A program made the position numbers and the translations under genes. Of a stretch of 64,000 nt of DNA, positions 23,871 through 36,288 are shown in pieces. The stretch's first letter is position 1, and each line of letters starts with the position of its first letter. This stretch comes from Octopus sinensis (lineage: Eukaryota): positions 58,032,001 through 58,096,000 of the forward strand of contig NC_043007.1 of assembly GCF_006345805.1 (NCBI RefSeq), read 5' to 3'. The notes below the pieces were generated by a model. The model saw only the letters and a program-made list of their open reading frames with translations, was not told where the DNA came from and searched no databases.

Positions 23871-26044
23871 GACATAAAAAATGGTATTTTATACTTGTAT
23901 AGATAGGGGTAAATCTTACACAAAATTATTAATTTCCGTAATATTTATATAGATAAGCCGTATGATTTGATGTGTGTATAATATAGTCATTGAGGGTTTC
24001 TTAGGTTTAGCATTTTCTATATATATCGGTATTGTAATTTTAAGTGTTTAATTGTTTTTATTTTTTAATTTCTTTAAAAATATATTTGTAATTTATATAT
24101 TTTTATTATATTTTTATTTTATTATAATTGTATTCATATTCTTATTTTTCTATTTGATATGACATGAATTTTTAACTGTGATCCGTTAATAATAATAACA
24201 ATAAGATAAATAGCCTAGGGACGCACTGGTTGATTTATGTATTAGGCATAGCCTTTATAAACTCCACACCAGCACAGAAACCCGTGTAGCATTAATTAAA
24301 AATATCTTCTTTCCCCACAGACTAATAGCAGGCAAGTTATATAGATTTTTTCAAATATTTTTTCAAATAATTTTATTTTATAGTAGGTTTTTAAATGCTT
24401 ATATTATTTTATTGGATATAACTTTCTATGAGTATTCCATATAATAGGGTTATCCTGAAATAGGAGTTGCAGTTCTATTGGTAAAATCCCAAATTTGTAA
24501 TAATATTATGTATGTATATATGAATAAATAAATACATATATATATATGTAAGTATGTATGTATGTTCGCATATGAATATGCATATACATAGATATACACA
24601 TATGTACTTTGGTTGACAGTGACTTCGAAGTAATAGTATGAGGTAAAAATTAACGAGTTATCACATAATGTGCGAAGCAGATTTGGGAGCTGTGCAGTGC
24701 AGTTGATTCGTGATATTCAGGAAGTCAATGTCATTCCTTTCAAAGATAGTAAGTACAACATGACAAATTCAAAATTCTTGGTCAACCAACATTCACCACA
24801 CCGACTTCAAATAAATATTCTTCGGTTTTACACCCGAAAAATCTTTATCTTATTTTCCAGTTCTTTTAGCCAGAATTCCTTTTCAATTTATGTTTCCAAA
24901 CAACTTTCGCCATCTATTATTCACTGCGTTATCTTTTACTTGGCTTCATTTACCCCTTCACAGAGTGTGGCTTTATGTAATTTCACATTTCTGTTTCCTC
25001 AGTTATGACCGAAAACATGTAAAGACGATTGTACTTTCAGGTCGTTTCCGGACATTTCCAGACGATTCACAAAGAAGACTCATTTCATCGTCTTCATCTT
25101 TTGCTTTATTCATTTTGCTGATGTATTCACTGTATGACTATATAGTTCGAGTATTTGTGTGCTGGTAAGTAACCTGATGCAGAATGCAATGAGTTTATGG
25201 GTGTGTTTATGCAAATGCATATATATCTATGCATGCGAGTAAACGTGCGTATATGCAACTACATATATGTGCGTGTGTATTACAAATTTAAAGTGTCTCA
25301 TTTATGTATTTGTGTTTATATATATGTGTGTGTGTATGCATGTATGCAAACATATATATACACACACATATAATATATATATATATATGTATCAATTACA
25401 TATATATATATATACAAATGTATATACATACACACACATATACACATGTTTGTGTACGCGTGCGCATGTGCGTATGTATGTTTTTGTATTTGTGTATTAG
25501 TATCTTCGTATGTCAGTATCTATGTATGTTAAGTGCCATAGAGTAAATGATAGGAATATTCGGCATGGTTTCAAGTCCTCCACTCGTACCACTTTCACAT
25601 TCATTTTCGTTACTAATGCTTTTGCGAATAAAAGCAACTTTGTAATTCACATTTCTCAATAACACTATTGATATCAATCTTGTTTTACATGCATTGATTG
25701 ACAATTCTTATCCAACAAAGTGAAACGGTTGATACCCTCACAGTAACACATGGATTATATAGATGTATAAACATTTATTTCTCATGGATATATTGTGCAT
25801 GTATATGTCTTCTAAGCTTTTATGTAGTTGCAAGATATTCAGTGACAAAAACGAAATAGTTCAGCATTTAGTTTTGTCTTCAGTTCTTTCAACTTTGCAC
25901 TTCTTTTTTTTTCTTTTTAGGAATCAACAAAGTAAGCACGAGTCACGCATAGCAATTAATTCAATCTAATGTATCCTCTTATAAAATTTTTTATCGTGTG
26001 TCATTATTAGAAAACATTATTATTATTATCATTATTATTATTTT

Positions 26045-26238
26045 AAGGCGGTGAGCTGGCAGACTTGTTAGCACGCTGGACGAAGTGATTAGCAGTATTT
26101 CGCCCGTCGCTACGTCCTGAGTTCAAATTCCACCGAGGATCGACTTTGGTTTCCATCCATTCGGAGGCGATAAATTGTGTACCAGTTACGCACTGAGATC
26201 GATATAATCGACTGTCCCCATTTCCCGAATTACAAGCT
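26045..26238 (+). mobile_element. SINE family B
   Basis: aaggcggtgagctggcag...gagttcaaattcc..gatcgactttgg.ttccatcc.ttcggaggcgataaatt..taccagttacgcactg. Confidence 0.85.
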
Positions 26239-26240
26239 TT

Positions 26241-26490
26241 ATGAAGAAGAGAGAGGATGGGGCCAATAAACTGTCCACAGTCTGTCTACCCTATGTGAAA
26301 GGCCTCTCCGAAAAGATACAAAAGATATGCGACCCATATGACATCAGGACAGTATTCAAGAATAATACACTTCGCAAATATCTCCTTCGAGTAAAACCAC
26401 CAAGACACCTGATGAAGGCTAGCCGAAACGATGTGTTAGCAGCAAACAAGATGAGGAAAAATATGCGTCAAATGTAAATAATGTAAATAA
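26241..26490 (+). mobile_element. Penelope-like element fragment (Poseidon-type RT C-terminal motif) joined to a hammerhead-bearing tail
   Basis: VCLPYVKGLSEKIQKICDPYDIRTVFKNNTLRKYLLRVKP fits the PLE LPY.xG.SE.I...I.x.FK...L motif. Immediately followed by caagacacctgatgaagg...aaacaagatgagg..aatgtaaataat, which matches 38638-38735. Confidence 0.75.
26404..26437 (+). ncRNA. Minimal type I hammerhead ribozyme-like motif (probably inactive copy)
   Basis: GACAC-CUGAUGA-A-GGC(UA)GCC-GAAA-C-GAU-GUGUU. Stem I (GACAC/GUGUU), the CUGAUGA and GAAA core boxes and a short stem II are present; the cleavage triplet is GAU instead of NUH. Confidence 0.6.
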
Positions 26491-26494
26491 TGGC

Positions 26495-28410
26495 TGTGTG
26501 CCTTTGTGTGCGTAGGATGTGTGCAGTGCCTAGTAGTGCTATTTTCTGTAGGTTATATATATTCGTAAGTCCTGGTATTTTGATTATGCGTTTGTCTGAA
26601 TGTTTTTTTATCATACATAATGCGCCTATTATTATAGGGATTGTTTCTGTTTTTAAGCTCCACATTCGATTTATCTCTATTTCCAGGTCTTTGTATTGTG
26701 AAAGTTTCTCCGTTTCTTTTAGCGATACACTGTCATCTGTCGTGATTAATACATCGATTAGAAGGCATTTTTTCTTAATGATCTCTGACAGCTACATCCG
26801 GTCTATTAGCTTTGGTTTCTCTATCTGCGTGTATTGGCATATCCCATAGTATGGTTGCTTTGTCATTTTCCGAAATCTTTTGGGTGTGTTTCTATACCAT
26901 CTTTTGTTTATTGTTATTCCATAGAGCAGACATAGCTTCCACTGTATATAGGCCTCGGGTCTGTCATGTCTGTGGGTATACTCCATCTTAGCCAGGACTG
27001 GGCAGCTAGAGGCAATATGATTTATTGTTTCTTCTCCATCACCACATATTTTGCGGTTACTTGTATATTTCTTCATTATGTGTTTTTGTTGGTTTCTGGT
27101 GGCGAGGCTTTGATCTTGTGCTGCAATTATATTTCTTTACTACCCACAAGGGGCTAAACGCAGAGGGGACAAACAAGGACAGACAAAGGGAGTAAGTCGA
27201 TTACATCGACCCCAGTGCGTAACTGGTACTTAATTTATCGACCTCGAAAGGATGAAAGGCAAAGTCGACCTCGGCGGAATTTGAACTCAGAACGTAACGA
27301 AGTTGAAATTCCGCCGAGGTCGACTTTGCCTTTCATCCTTTCGAGGTCGATAAATTAAGTACCAGTTACGCACTGGGGTCGATGTAATCGACTTACTCCC
27401 TTTGTCTGTCCTTGTTTGTCCCCTCTGCGTTTAGCCCCTTGTGGGTAGTAAAGAAATATAATTGCAGCACATTGTGCTGCAATTAAAAATCTTTCAGTCT
27501 CTGCTTTGAGTCCTGAGCTTCATAACCATTGTTGGTAATTTACTTTGTCTATTTCTTTTCTGTTTAGTTTATCCCAGTATATGCCATGTAAGGGCTTTTC
27601 TTGCCCTCATTTTTTCATGGTATTTGTAGTTCCAGTTTCAGTTTGGATTTCAATTGTTTTACAGCTTTTGCTGTTTCCTCTCTTTCCTCATAGTTTTCAG
27701 GTACTATGACTTCTTTCTTGTGTATATTTCAACTTCTTTAAAGACAGAAAACGGTTTTTTTTTTGTTTTGCTTGTGTTTTATGGCTATTGGTATTAGTTT
27801 TCCTTGCTACTGAATTTGATATTTCTGCAATCCTATGGTAGTTATTTTATAATAGGTTTCTACGTTTATATGACTTTTATCGCCCTCAGTTCGTTGTATA
27901 TATAATCTTTCTACGTCAGATATTGGGTGGTACATCCTATATTCTGTCATTATTTTTCTCGTTTTCCTGTCTAGTTTGGTTAGCTCATTTAGAGTCCAAT
28001 TAAGAATATTGTAACTGTAACTAATAATTGGGACAGCTAGAGTGTTGATATATATTAACTCGTTTTCCGCATTGAGCTCTGTTTTAAGTATTAATCTAAC
28101 TCGTCTATAGTATTCCTTCCTTATCTTCTCTATTATTTGTGTGTGTTGTACCGTATCTAGCTCATTGACTCCAAAGTATTTGTATGCCTGACATTGGTCT
28201 AATTCCTTTACTTCATTTGATTTATCTAGTGTGATATTGTTACTCTTAACTAGTTTTCCTCTTTTCAAGGTTGCTTTGGGACATTTTTCTAAACCGAATT
28301 TCATGTTTATTTCTTTGGTAAATCCATGCACTGTCTGTAGTAATGTTTCTAGTTGTTTATTATTTGCAGCATACAGATTTTGATCATCCATATACAAGAG
28401 ATGGTTGATA
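26495..28410 (-). mobile_element. R4/Dong-clade non-LTR retrotransposon, 5'-truncated and decayed (RT C-half, CCHC finger, REL endonuclease)
   Basis: INHLLYMDD..MKFGLEKC..YKY.G..IRKEYYRRVRLILKTELN (ORF 27807-28583); WL*SSGLKAETERFLIAAQDQSLATRN (across the SINE insert); ICGDGEETINHIASSCPVLAKMEYTHRHD; NRPD..IDV..KETEKLSQYKDLEIE..IIGAL..LQKIALLGTAHILR. Confidence 0.9.
27130..27471. mobile_element. Fold-back (palindromic) SINE family B insertion with 14-bp TSD
   Basis: 27117-27282 is the exact reverse complement of 27306-27471. TSD ttgtgctgcaatta at 27116-27129 and 27472-27485. Removing the insert restores the LINE reading frame FLIAAQDQSL. Confidence 0.9.
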
Positions 28411-28411
28411 T

Positions 28412-28456
<45 letters not shown>

Positions 28457-28516
28457 ACAACACCACCACCACTACCACCACCACCACCACCATTATCATT
28501 ATTATTATTGTTGTTG

Positions 28517-28565
<49 letters not shown>

Positions 28566-28587
28566 CATCATCATAGTTATCATCTTC

Positions 28588-28800
28588 AGGGTGGTGAGCG
28601 AACAGAATCTTTAGCCCACCGGGTAAAATACTTAGCCGCATTTCGTCCGTCTTTACATTCTGAGTTCTACTGAAATCGAATTTGCCTTTCATCCTTTCAA
28701 GGTCGATAAAATACGTACTAGGTCAGCACTGGGGCAGTTCTAATCGAATTAGTCTCTGCCCAGCAATTTCTTGCCTTGGGGCAAAATTTGAAACCATTAA
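28588..28800 (+). mobile_element. SINE family B (diverged)
   Basis: ggtggtgagc..cagaatc.ttagc..accgggtaaaatacttagc..tgagttc..tttgcctttcatcctttcaaggtcgataaaata.gtac. Confidence 0.8.
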
Positions 28801-28838
28801 CATCATTATCAACATTATAAGTAGTAGTAGTAGTAGTA

Positions 28839-28872
<34 letters not shown>

Positions 28873-30402
28873 TAGTAGTAGTATAGTGCAGAATCCTTAG
28901 AACGTCGCAAAAAATGCTTTGCATGTCTATGCTTGTACTATACTAACTGTAATAAATTTCGTCTTTCACGAAAATTGTAATCTTTTTCTACATAAAACGC
29001 AATATTCACAAATCACATACATGCATACATACACACACGAGTGTGTGTGTCTGCGTATGCATATGTATATATACATGTGGATATGTGTGTGTATTTAGGT
29101 ACATATATTTATTCGCATATACATGTATATATATATATATATATTATTTATACACACACTCACACACATACACACGCACACACGCACACACTCGCACACA
29201 CACATATATATGTGTATATATATACTATTTATATACGCACCTATAATACTTATTTTTTCATATGATAGGCTGTTTTTTCTGTGTATTGGGTGTTATTTTT
29301 AGCAGCTTGAGCTACCAAGTATCAACCGCTTGTTCAACAAAATTCTCTGAAAATGCAAAATAGTCCTCCATGCTTCTCCATCATTTTTTCACATCTTTCA
29401 CTTTCTTTTCCCTCTTCATAGTTCGAATTTCATACCTTCAAAGTAAGTGACTGAACTAACGAATTCACGACTTCAGCAAAATGATTGACAATAGAGGATG
29501 TAGGAATTTTGATTTACTTAAGTGAAAGGAAAGCAATGTTTTTCTGCCGCGTGTTTACATGTCGCCACATAAACCTCAGTATAATGCGCTCAACGTTAAT
29601 GAGCAATCCCTGTGACTCTATTCACATGCACTGCGGGATTATTTAGTTTTCGGGAAAGAATATACAGGTAAGAACACGTGTTTCCTCGGGGACAGCTATA
29701 GTAAGGGAGACCATCGATTCCGGCGAGGTAGGAATTTCGAATCTTCAAACGAAATAAAAAGATAGTTTTCAGTTGACTGCACTCGGGTACATTTTTATCA
29801 GAAATTATTTTATAGACTGAATACTGAAAATGAATTAAAGGGAAAGAGAAAGAAGAAATGATGCCAGGATTAATAAGTGTTTCATTAATCAAACCCTACG
29901 ATGGTGATCTCGGAAGGATTTGAATTCAAAATATATTGAGCCGAAGCAAATACCGTAAGGCATTTTATCCCAAACTCTAACGATTCGACCATTTTGTCTT
30001 TGCAGCCATTACTTGCTGTTATCTTAGTCGTCATAGTCAAACGAATAAGAGCAGACATAGACATCAACCCACAGCCCCACAATTATTGAGCCAACGGAAC
30101 ATTGAGGACGTGACAGTCAGAGCGAGAGAGAGAGAGAGAGAGAGAGAGATGAGGAAGCACTCTGCTACTGCTAAGTTGTTTACTGCTTGAAGACTAGAGC
30201 GAAGTAGCATGAAGTACTTTACCTAAAGGCACAACATACCTATCGAGACCTCATCCATAAATCGTAAGCCAAACACTCTAACCACTAGGTTACGAAGGCC
30301 CAGTTGTATATATTTAAATGGTCAATATATGTATGTGTGTGCTTGCGCGCGCATGCGAGTGTGTAGATAGATACACAGACAGACAGATAGATACATACAT
30401 AA

Positions 30403-30496
<94 letters not shown>

Positions 30497-31060
30497 TGCT
30501 ACGCGATTTTCTTTTCTAAATAGTGTACAGTCAATAAAGAAACCAACAATGATTTAAATACATGGTTATAGCGCAATATACAACGTCGTTGAAGCAAAGA
30601 GAAAATAATCTTCGCCTGGATAGGAAACTAGCCTGTAGGAGGTTTACTTCCAAGCAGATGATATAGCGTTTGATAAAATAAGAGCCAGACAGAAGTAAAT
30701 TTTGGGGTAGATATGACAGATTAAGCCGCTGAAAGCATTGCCCCAGCATGAATTGTATAAAACGTTTAAGTGAGAAACTCGGATTGGTTTCTACATCGTG
30801 ATTTGAGTTCACGTTTTTCCTACGTTTAAACTGCTAAACAAGAGCATGCATATGCGGTTACACACAAACAGACAGACAGACACACACACACAAATACACA
30901 CACGCACACATACACACATATATATTATACATACATATGTATATGTGTATCTGTTGAATTTTCTTTCACTCTCTCTTTTATGCTCTCCCCCTCCCTCTCT
31001 CCTCATTCCCTGTATACATATATATATATATGTATTTCTTTCTCTCTCTCTCTCTCTCCC

Positions 31061-31103
<43 letters not shown>

Positions 31104-31271
31104 ATGCATACACACACACACACATATGTATTATATATAGGCATGTATACAGGTATGTATATACAAATACATGCATTCATACATACACATCTGTGTGTAT
31201 ATGTGTTTATGTTTGTGTGCTTGTGTGTGCATGCAGTGAATGTGTACGTATGCATGCGTGTGTTCGCTTGA

Positions 31272-31307
<36 letters not shown>

Positions 31308-32042
31308 CTGTGTAATCATACACATTTTAACGAGATGTACGCTAAACTCGCGCTTTAATTGAAATGACTGACTCACAAGCGTTTTCGTTGTGTCACTTTG
31401 AAAGGAAGAAGCCATTTTAAAATGAAGCGACACCAAACGCTATCTTCCGTACTAATTACTGTGTAATTAATATGGCCATTTCTCTTTCCCGCCACTTTCT
31501 CAACAGATCAGATTCTTATCCCTCTCTCTTTTACCGCACTCCTCCTTACTTTCTCTTTCATACACACTTTTCTTCTACCTCGCTGAATGCATGCACATTT
31601 TCACATTCTGTCACAATCTGATTCTGACACACATACACACAAACACACCAACATATTCACACATAATACACACCCGCACATACAAGCAGATATACGCATA
31701 CACTATACATACAAGTACACGAATTTTTATCTCTTTCTCTTTCACATTTGTACGCATTCCTTCATTCGTCTCGAATAGTTTCATTTTTTTCCCGAATAGT
31801 TTGCTTCTGACTCCCCTTTCTCTTCCTTTACGACCGTCTCTCTATTTCCTCTCTACATTTGTTCCCTCTCTCACTCTTTCTCTCTGTCGCTGTATACACA
31901 CGCACACAAACATTTACATACGTAAATGCGTATGTCTGAATATATATACAGCGTATGTGTTTATATATATATTATATGTATATGTGTGTGTCTGTATGTC
32001 TGTCTGTTTGTCTGTCTGTATGTACGTATGTATGTATGTATG

Positions 32043-32075
<33 letters not shown>

Positions 32076-32603
32076 GTATGTGTGTGTGTATATATATATT
32101 ATACATATGCACACAACTATGCCTACCTGCACATATCTCTATATGTGCATGTCTCTAATTTCATGACTTTTGCTTCATTTTCCCGTTTATTTCTCGCGTA
32201 AAGACGCATTCTACACAGATAAGCTTTCGTTATTTTTCAGACTCTTTCAATAATCTCCTCACAGAAAAAACATGCGCGCGCACGCACTTATTCCCAAACC
32301 CTTCGTCCCCTTTTTAACTCAGTTCCTTCCATCCGCTTTGCCACTCTGTCCCTGTTCTCTCTTTCGCGCCTTCCTTCTCCACAAATAATCTCACTTCTTC
32401 GCATTCATTACTTTATCCGAAATGTGCAACAGGCAGTTTAACTGTAATCATCGTACAAACGCACAAATAGAGAAACTCAGAAGCACACATGCACACACAT
32501 ACACAGGCATACACATATGCACACACACACTCACGCAAGCACACACAGATGGACATAAATACAACACACACACTGGTATATTTACATATATATATATTAT
32601 ATA

Positions 32604-32658
<55 letters not shown>

Positions 32659-32853
32659 GTCATGTACAACTTACAAGCACATCACAACATACATCACCAC
32701 ATTTGATCACCACATATCCAGATACATACACACACGCACACATAGACATGTACAGCACACTACATTGATTACACGACGCACAAACCCGACATCATGTTAC
32801 TACCACCAATGCTCTAAGACCCACGCACACACGCACACACACAACACCACACA

Positions 32854-32884
<31 letters not shown>

Positions 32885-33486
32885 CACTACGCACACGTTC
32901 ATGGCCTATCACATAAAACGAACGATGACATAGTCACACAGAACAGCTCTAAAGGCCACGTACAACTACAAAAAGTCTTTAGGAAATCACATCTCCAGAC
33001 CAAATTCTCTAAATACGCCATATAACATGTAAAATTGCACACAAGGCATACCCTACCACCACCTCCACCACCACTCCCACCACCACCACCATGATGACCA
33101 CCGCCAGCATTATACCTTATTCATCGCATGACGCATTAAAGCTACATCACAGTACACACATTAAACATACTACACCATGAAAAACATGCCATACTCCATC
33201 GTATCTTAGAATGCATACTACACTGCACACCTTAAAACGCTTCATATAAACACGGCATAGACACCAACTCTAGCATATGCAACACAACTTTCACTACACA
33301 CAACACACACACACACACACAATATACATATATAACGATATATATTATATGTATATTATATATATATATATCTTATAATATATATATATATACACACACA
33401 CGCAGAAGCACACATGCGTAAGCATATATATATGTGTGCATATATATTTATATGTTATATATATATATAGTATATATATATATATA

Positions 33487-33541
<55 letters not shown>

Positions 33542-34102
33542 TATACATACATACATACATGCATCTAAATATATATGCACATACAAGCATATATACGTAT
33601 GTATGTGTATATTTATATATATATATATACATACATACATAACGTATAAATACACACAAATAATCACGTGCACACGTACACACACACATACACATACACA
33701 CCACGCGCAGACACCACACACTCACATGCATCAAACACTATTAACAATGACAACCATGCTCCGAGAAATACACTTTTCGTAGTTCGCTGCCATTTTACAT
33801 TGAGGCGATCTAGTCTGTCACTGACGACCAATCGCTAACGTCTTCAATAGAAGGAAGCCATTGAAAAATGCTGCGCTATTCAAATTGTTAGACAGCAGGC
33901 GAAAGCCAACACAATGACAGCCGTTTCATCGTCGTCGTCATTGCCGTCGTCTTCATCATCATCGTCGTTGTCGTCGTCGTCACCGTCATTATCGTTCACA
34001 TCGTCATTATTAAAGTTGGTGAAGTTGAAGCTGTTCTCTGGGCTGTCTTGTGGCTGTCGCTATTTTTTCATTCCTCGTTCTCCTCCTTGTTCTTCTTCAT
34101 TC

Positions 34103-34133
<31 letters not shown>

Positions 34134-35349
34134 GTTGTTGTTCTTCTTCTTCTTCTTCTTCTTCTTCTTCTTCTTCTTCTTCTTCCACATTTTCCTTCAT
34201 TCTTTTCCCTTGTTCTCATTTCTTCGTTCTCCTTCCTCGTTCCTCTTCTTTCCCATTCTTATTTCTCATTCCTTTCTTCCTCATTTTCTTCACTCTCCTG
34301 CTCCTCCTCTTCGACCTCCTCCTACTCATCCTTATTTGTCTTCTTCAACTCCAGCTTCCTTCTTTTTTTTTTGCTTCTTCTTGAATATCCTTTTAGTTAT
34401 CTCCTCAACCCTCGATCGTTTTAATTCATCTTTTTCTCCTTGCTTTATTCCTAATTCTTTATTTGCTCTCGTTTTCTTCTTCCTCTATCTATTCCCCAAC
34501 TTCTGCAAGGACGTTGCCGTCGACACATTAGCCTTAATGACAACCTATTTCTTGCTGCAGGCCTTAAATGTTACTTAGCCCCATAAACATTTATATTGAC
34601 CTTAAACTTAAACAACCTAAACGCCAATTGAAATACCAAAATAGCTTATACCTCAGCGTCAGCTTAATATCTAAGCATCATCATCCACCAAATTATTAAC
34701 TTTCATCTAAACATTTAAATATTTGTAGCTCATTCGCCAAGAACAAGATATATTTCAACGTTACAGTTAACGGCACTGTGAACGCAATACGAATGACATA
34801 TGAACGCAGTATAGACGCCATTTTGAATGGTAATAATTAATATCAACATCAATATTAGCATAAAAATAATGTCCATTATATATGGTATCCATGAAACTTA
34901 ATTAGCTGAATTACTTTAAACAGCTGTCAACCTTACATAAACGGCAATTTGTATGGTATCGTAATGTAGACGCCAATGAGCAAACGTCGGACAATCTAAA
35001 CGCCAGCAGACAGTCAAGCAACAACAGTGAAACTCATGTCACGCTAAACGCCACACGGTAAACTACACGCCAGTTAATGCAAACGGCAACAGCCTGTAAA
35101 GCGTCGAAGGAATAAAGGTGCCAATGCCAACCTAAACACCAAATTGTGAGCCTAAAAGTCAGTCAGTCTAAAAGTCAAACACCCGGTTAAACGTCGACAG
35201 TAGAGTCATCTTTATTTTTAATTATATTTGTGTTCATGTAACATCTTTATAAATGATTTGATGCCATATATTACTAACTCTCAGTTTTTTATCATTTTGA
35301 TATATGTATGTATGTGTATATGTATATACATACGTACATACACACATAT

Positions 35350-35389
<40 letters not shown>

Positions 35390-35820
35390 ATATATATATA
35401 TAATACATAAATGCATACATATATACATACATATATATAGCTACGTTCTATGACTGAAACGAATGAAAGAATAATATATATAATAATATATATATATATA
35501 TATATATACATACATATATATATATATGTATGTATACACACACATATAGATAAATAAATATACAAACATATATATAAATATAATTCACTTTTAACAGTGC
35601 AACTCGAAGTAGATAAAGCGATAAATAATATCGTGTAATTAGATAGTCTTAGAATAAATACCGGGATCGAATTGTTCGATAAAACTTTTGAAGGTGGTGC
35701 CCCAGCATGGCTGCTACCTAATAACTGAAACATATAAAAAATAAAAACAAATAAAAAATGCATATACACACATACACATGCATACATGCATACATACATG
35801 CATACACACACACACACACA

Positions 35821-35878
<58 letters not shown>

Positions 35879-35882
<4 letters not shown>

Positions 35883-36288
35883 AGTGGCTGTGTGATAATT
35901 AGCTTGCTTACCAACCACATGGTTCCGGGTTCAGTCCCACTGTGTGACATCTTGGGCACGTGTCTTCTACTATAGCCTCGGGCCGACCAAAGCCTTGTGA
36001 GTAAATTTGCTGGACGGAAACTGAAAGAACACGTCGTATATATATATATGTTTATATGTATGTGTGTGAGTGTGATTGTGTGTCTGTGTTTGTCTCCTCG
36101 ACATCGGTTGACAACCGATTTCGGTGTGTTTACCTCTCCGTAACATAGCAGTTCGGCAAAATAGACTTATAGAATAAGTACTAGGCTTACAATGAATAAG
36201 TCCTGGGGTCGATTTGCTTAACTAAAAGGCGGTGCTCCAGTATGGCCGCAGTGAAATGACTGAAGTAAAAGAATAAAAGAATAAGAAT
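35879..36288 (+). mobile_element. SINE family A, full length, plus strand
   Basis: ggagtggctgtgtgataat (A-box-like), ggttcagtcccac (B-box-like), tail ggcggtgctccagtatggccgcag..tgactgaagtaaaagaataaaagaat. Confidence 0.9.

Noticed and set aside
27807-28583. 258-aa ORF as an intact gene
   Set aside because: The N-terminal ~57 aa are microsatellite read-through; the rest is a truncated R4/Dong RT fragment.
29580-29667. Exon ending at a strong donor CAG/GTAAGA
   Set aside because: All three frames from the plausible acceptor contain stops, and the closer acceptor lacks a pyrimidine tract.
35879-35960. tRNA genes at the SINE heads (also 10700-10770, 38372-38430, 55990-56040)
   Set aside because: A and B boxes are present, but I cannot fold a full cloverleaf and each continues into a repeated SINE body.
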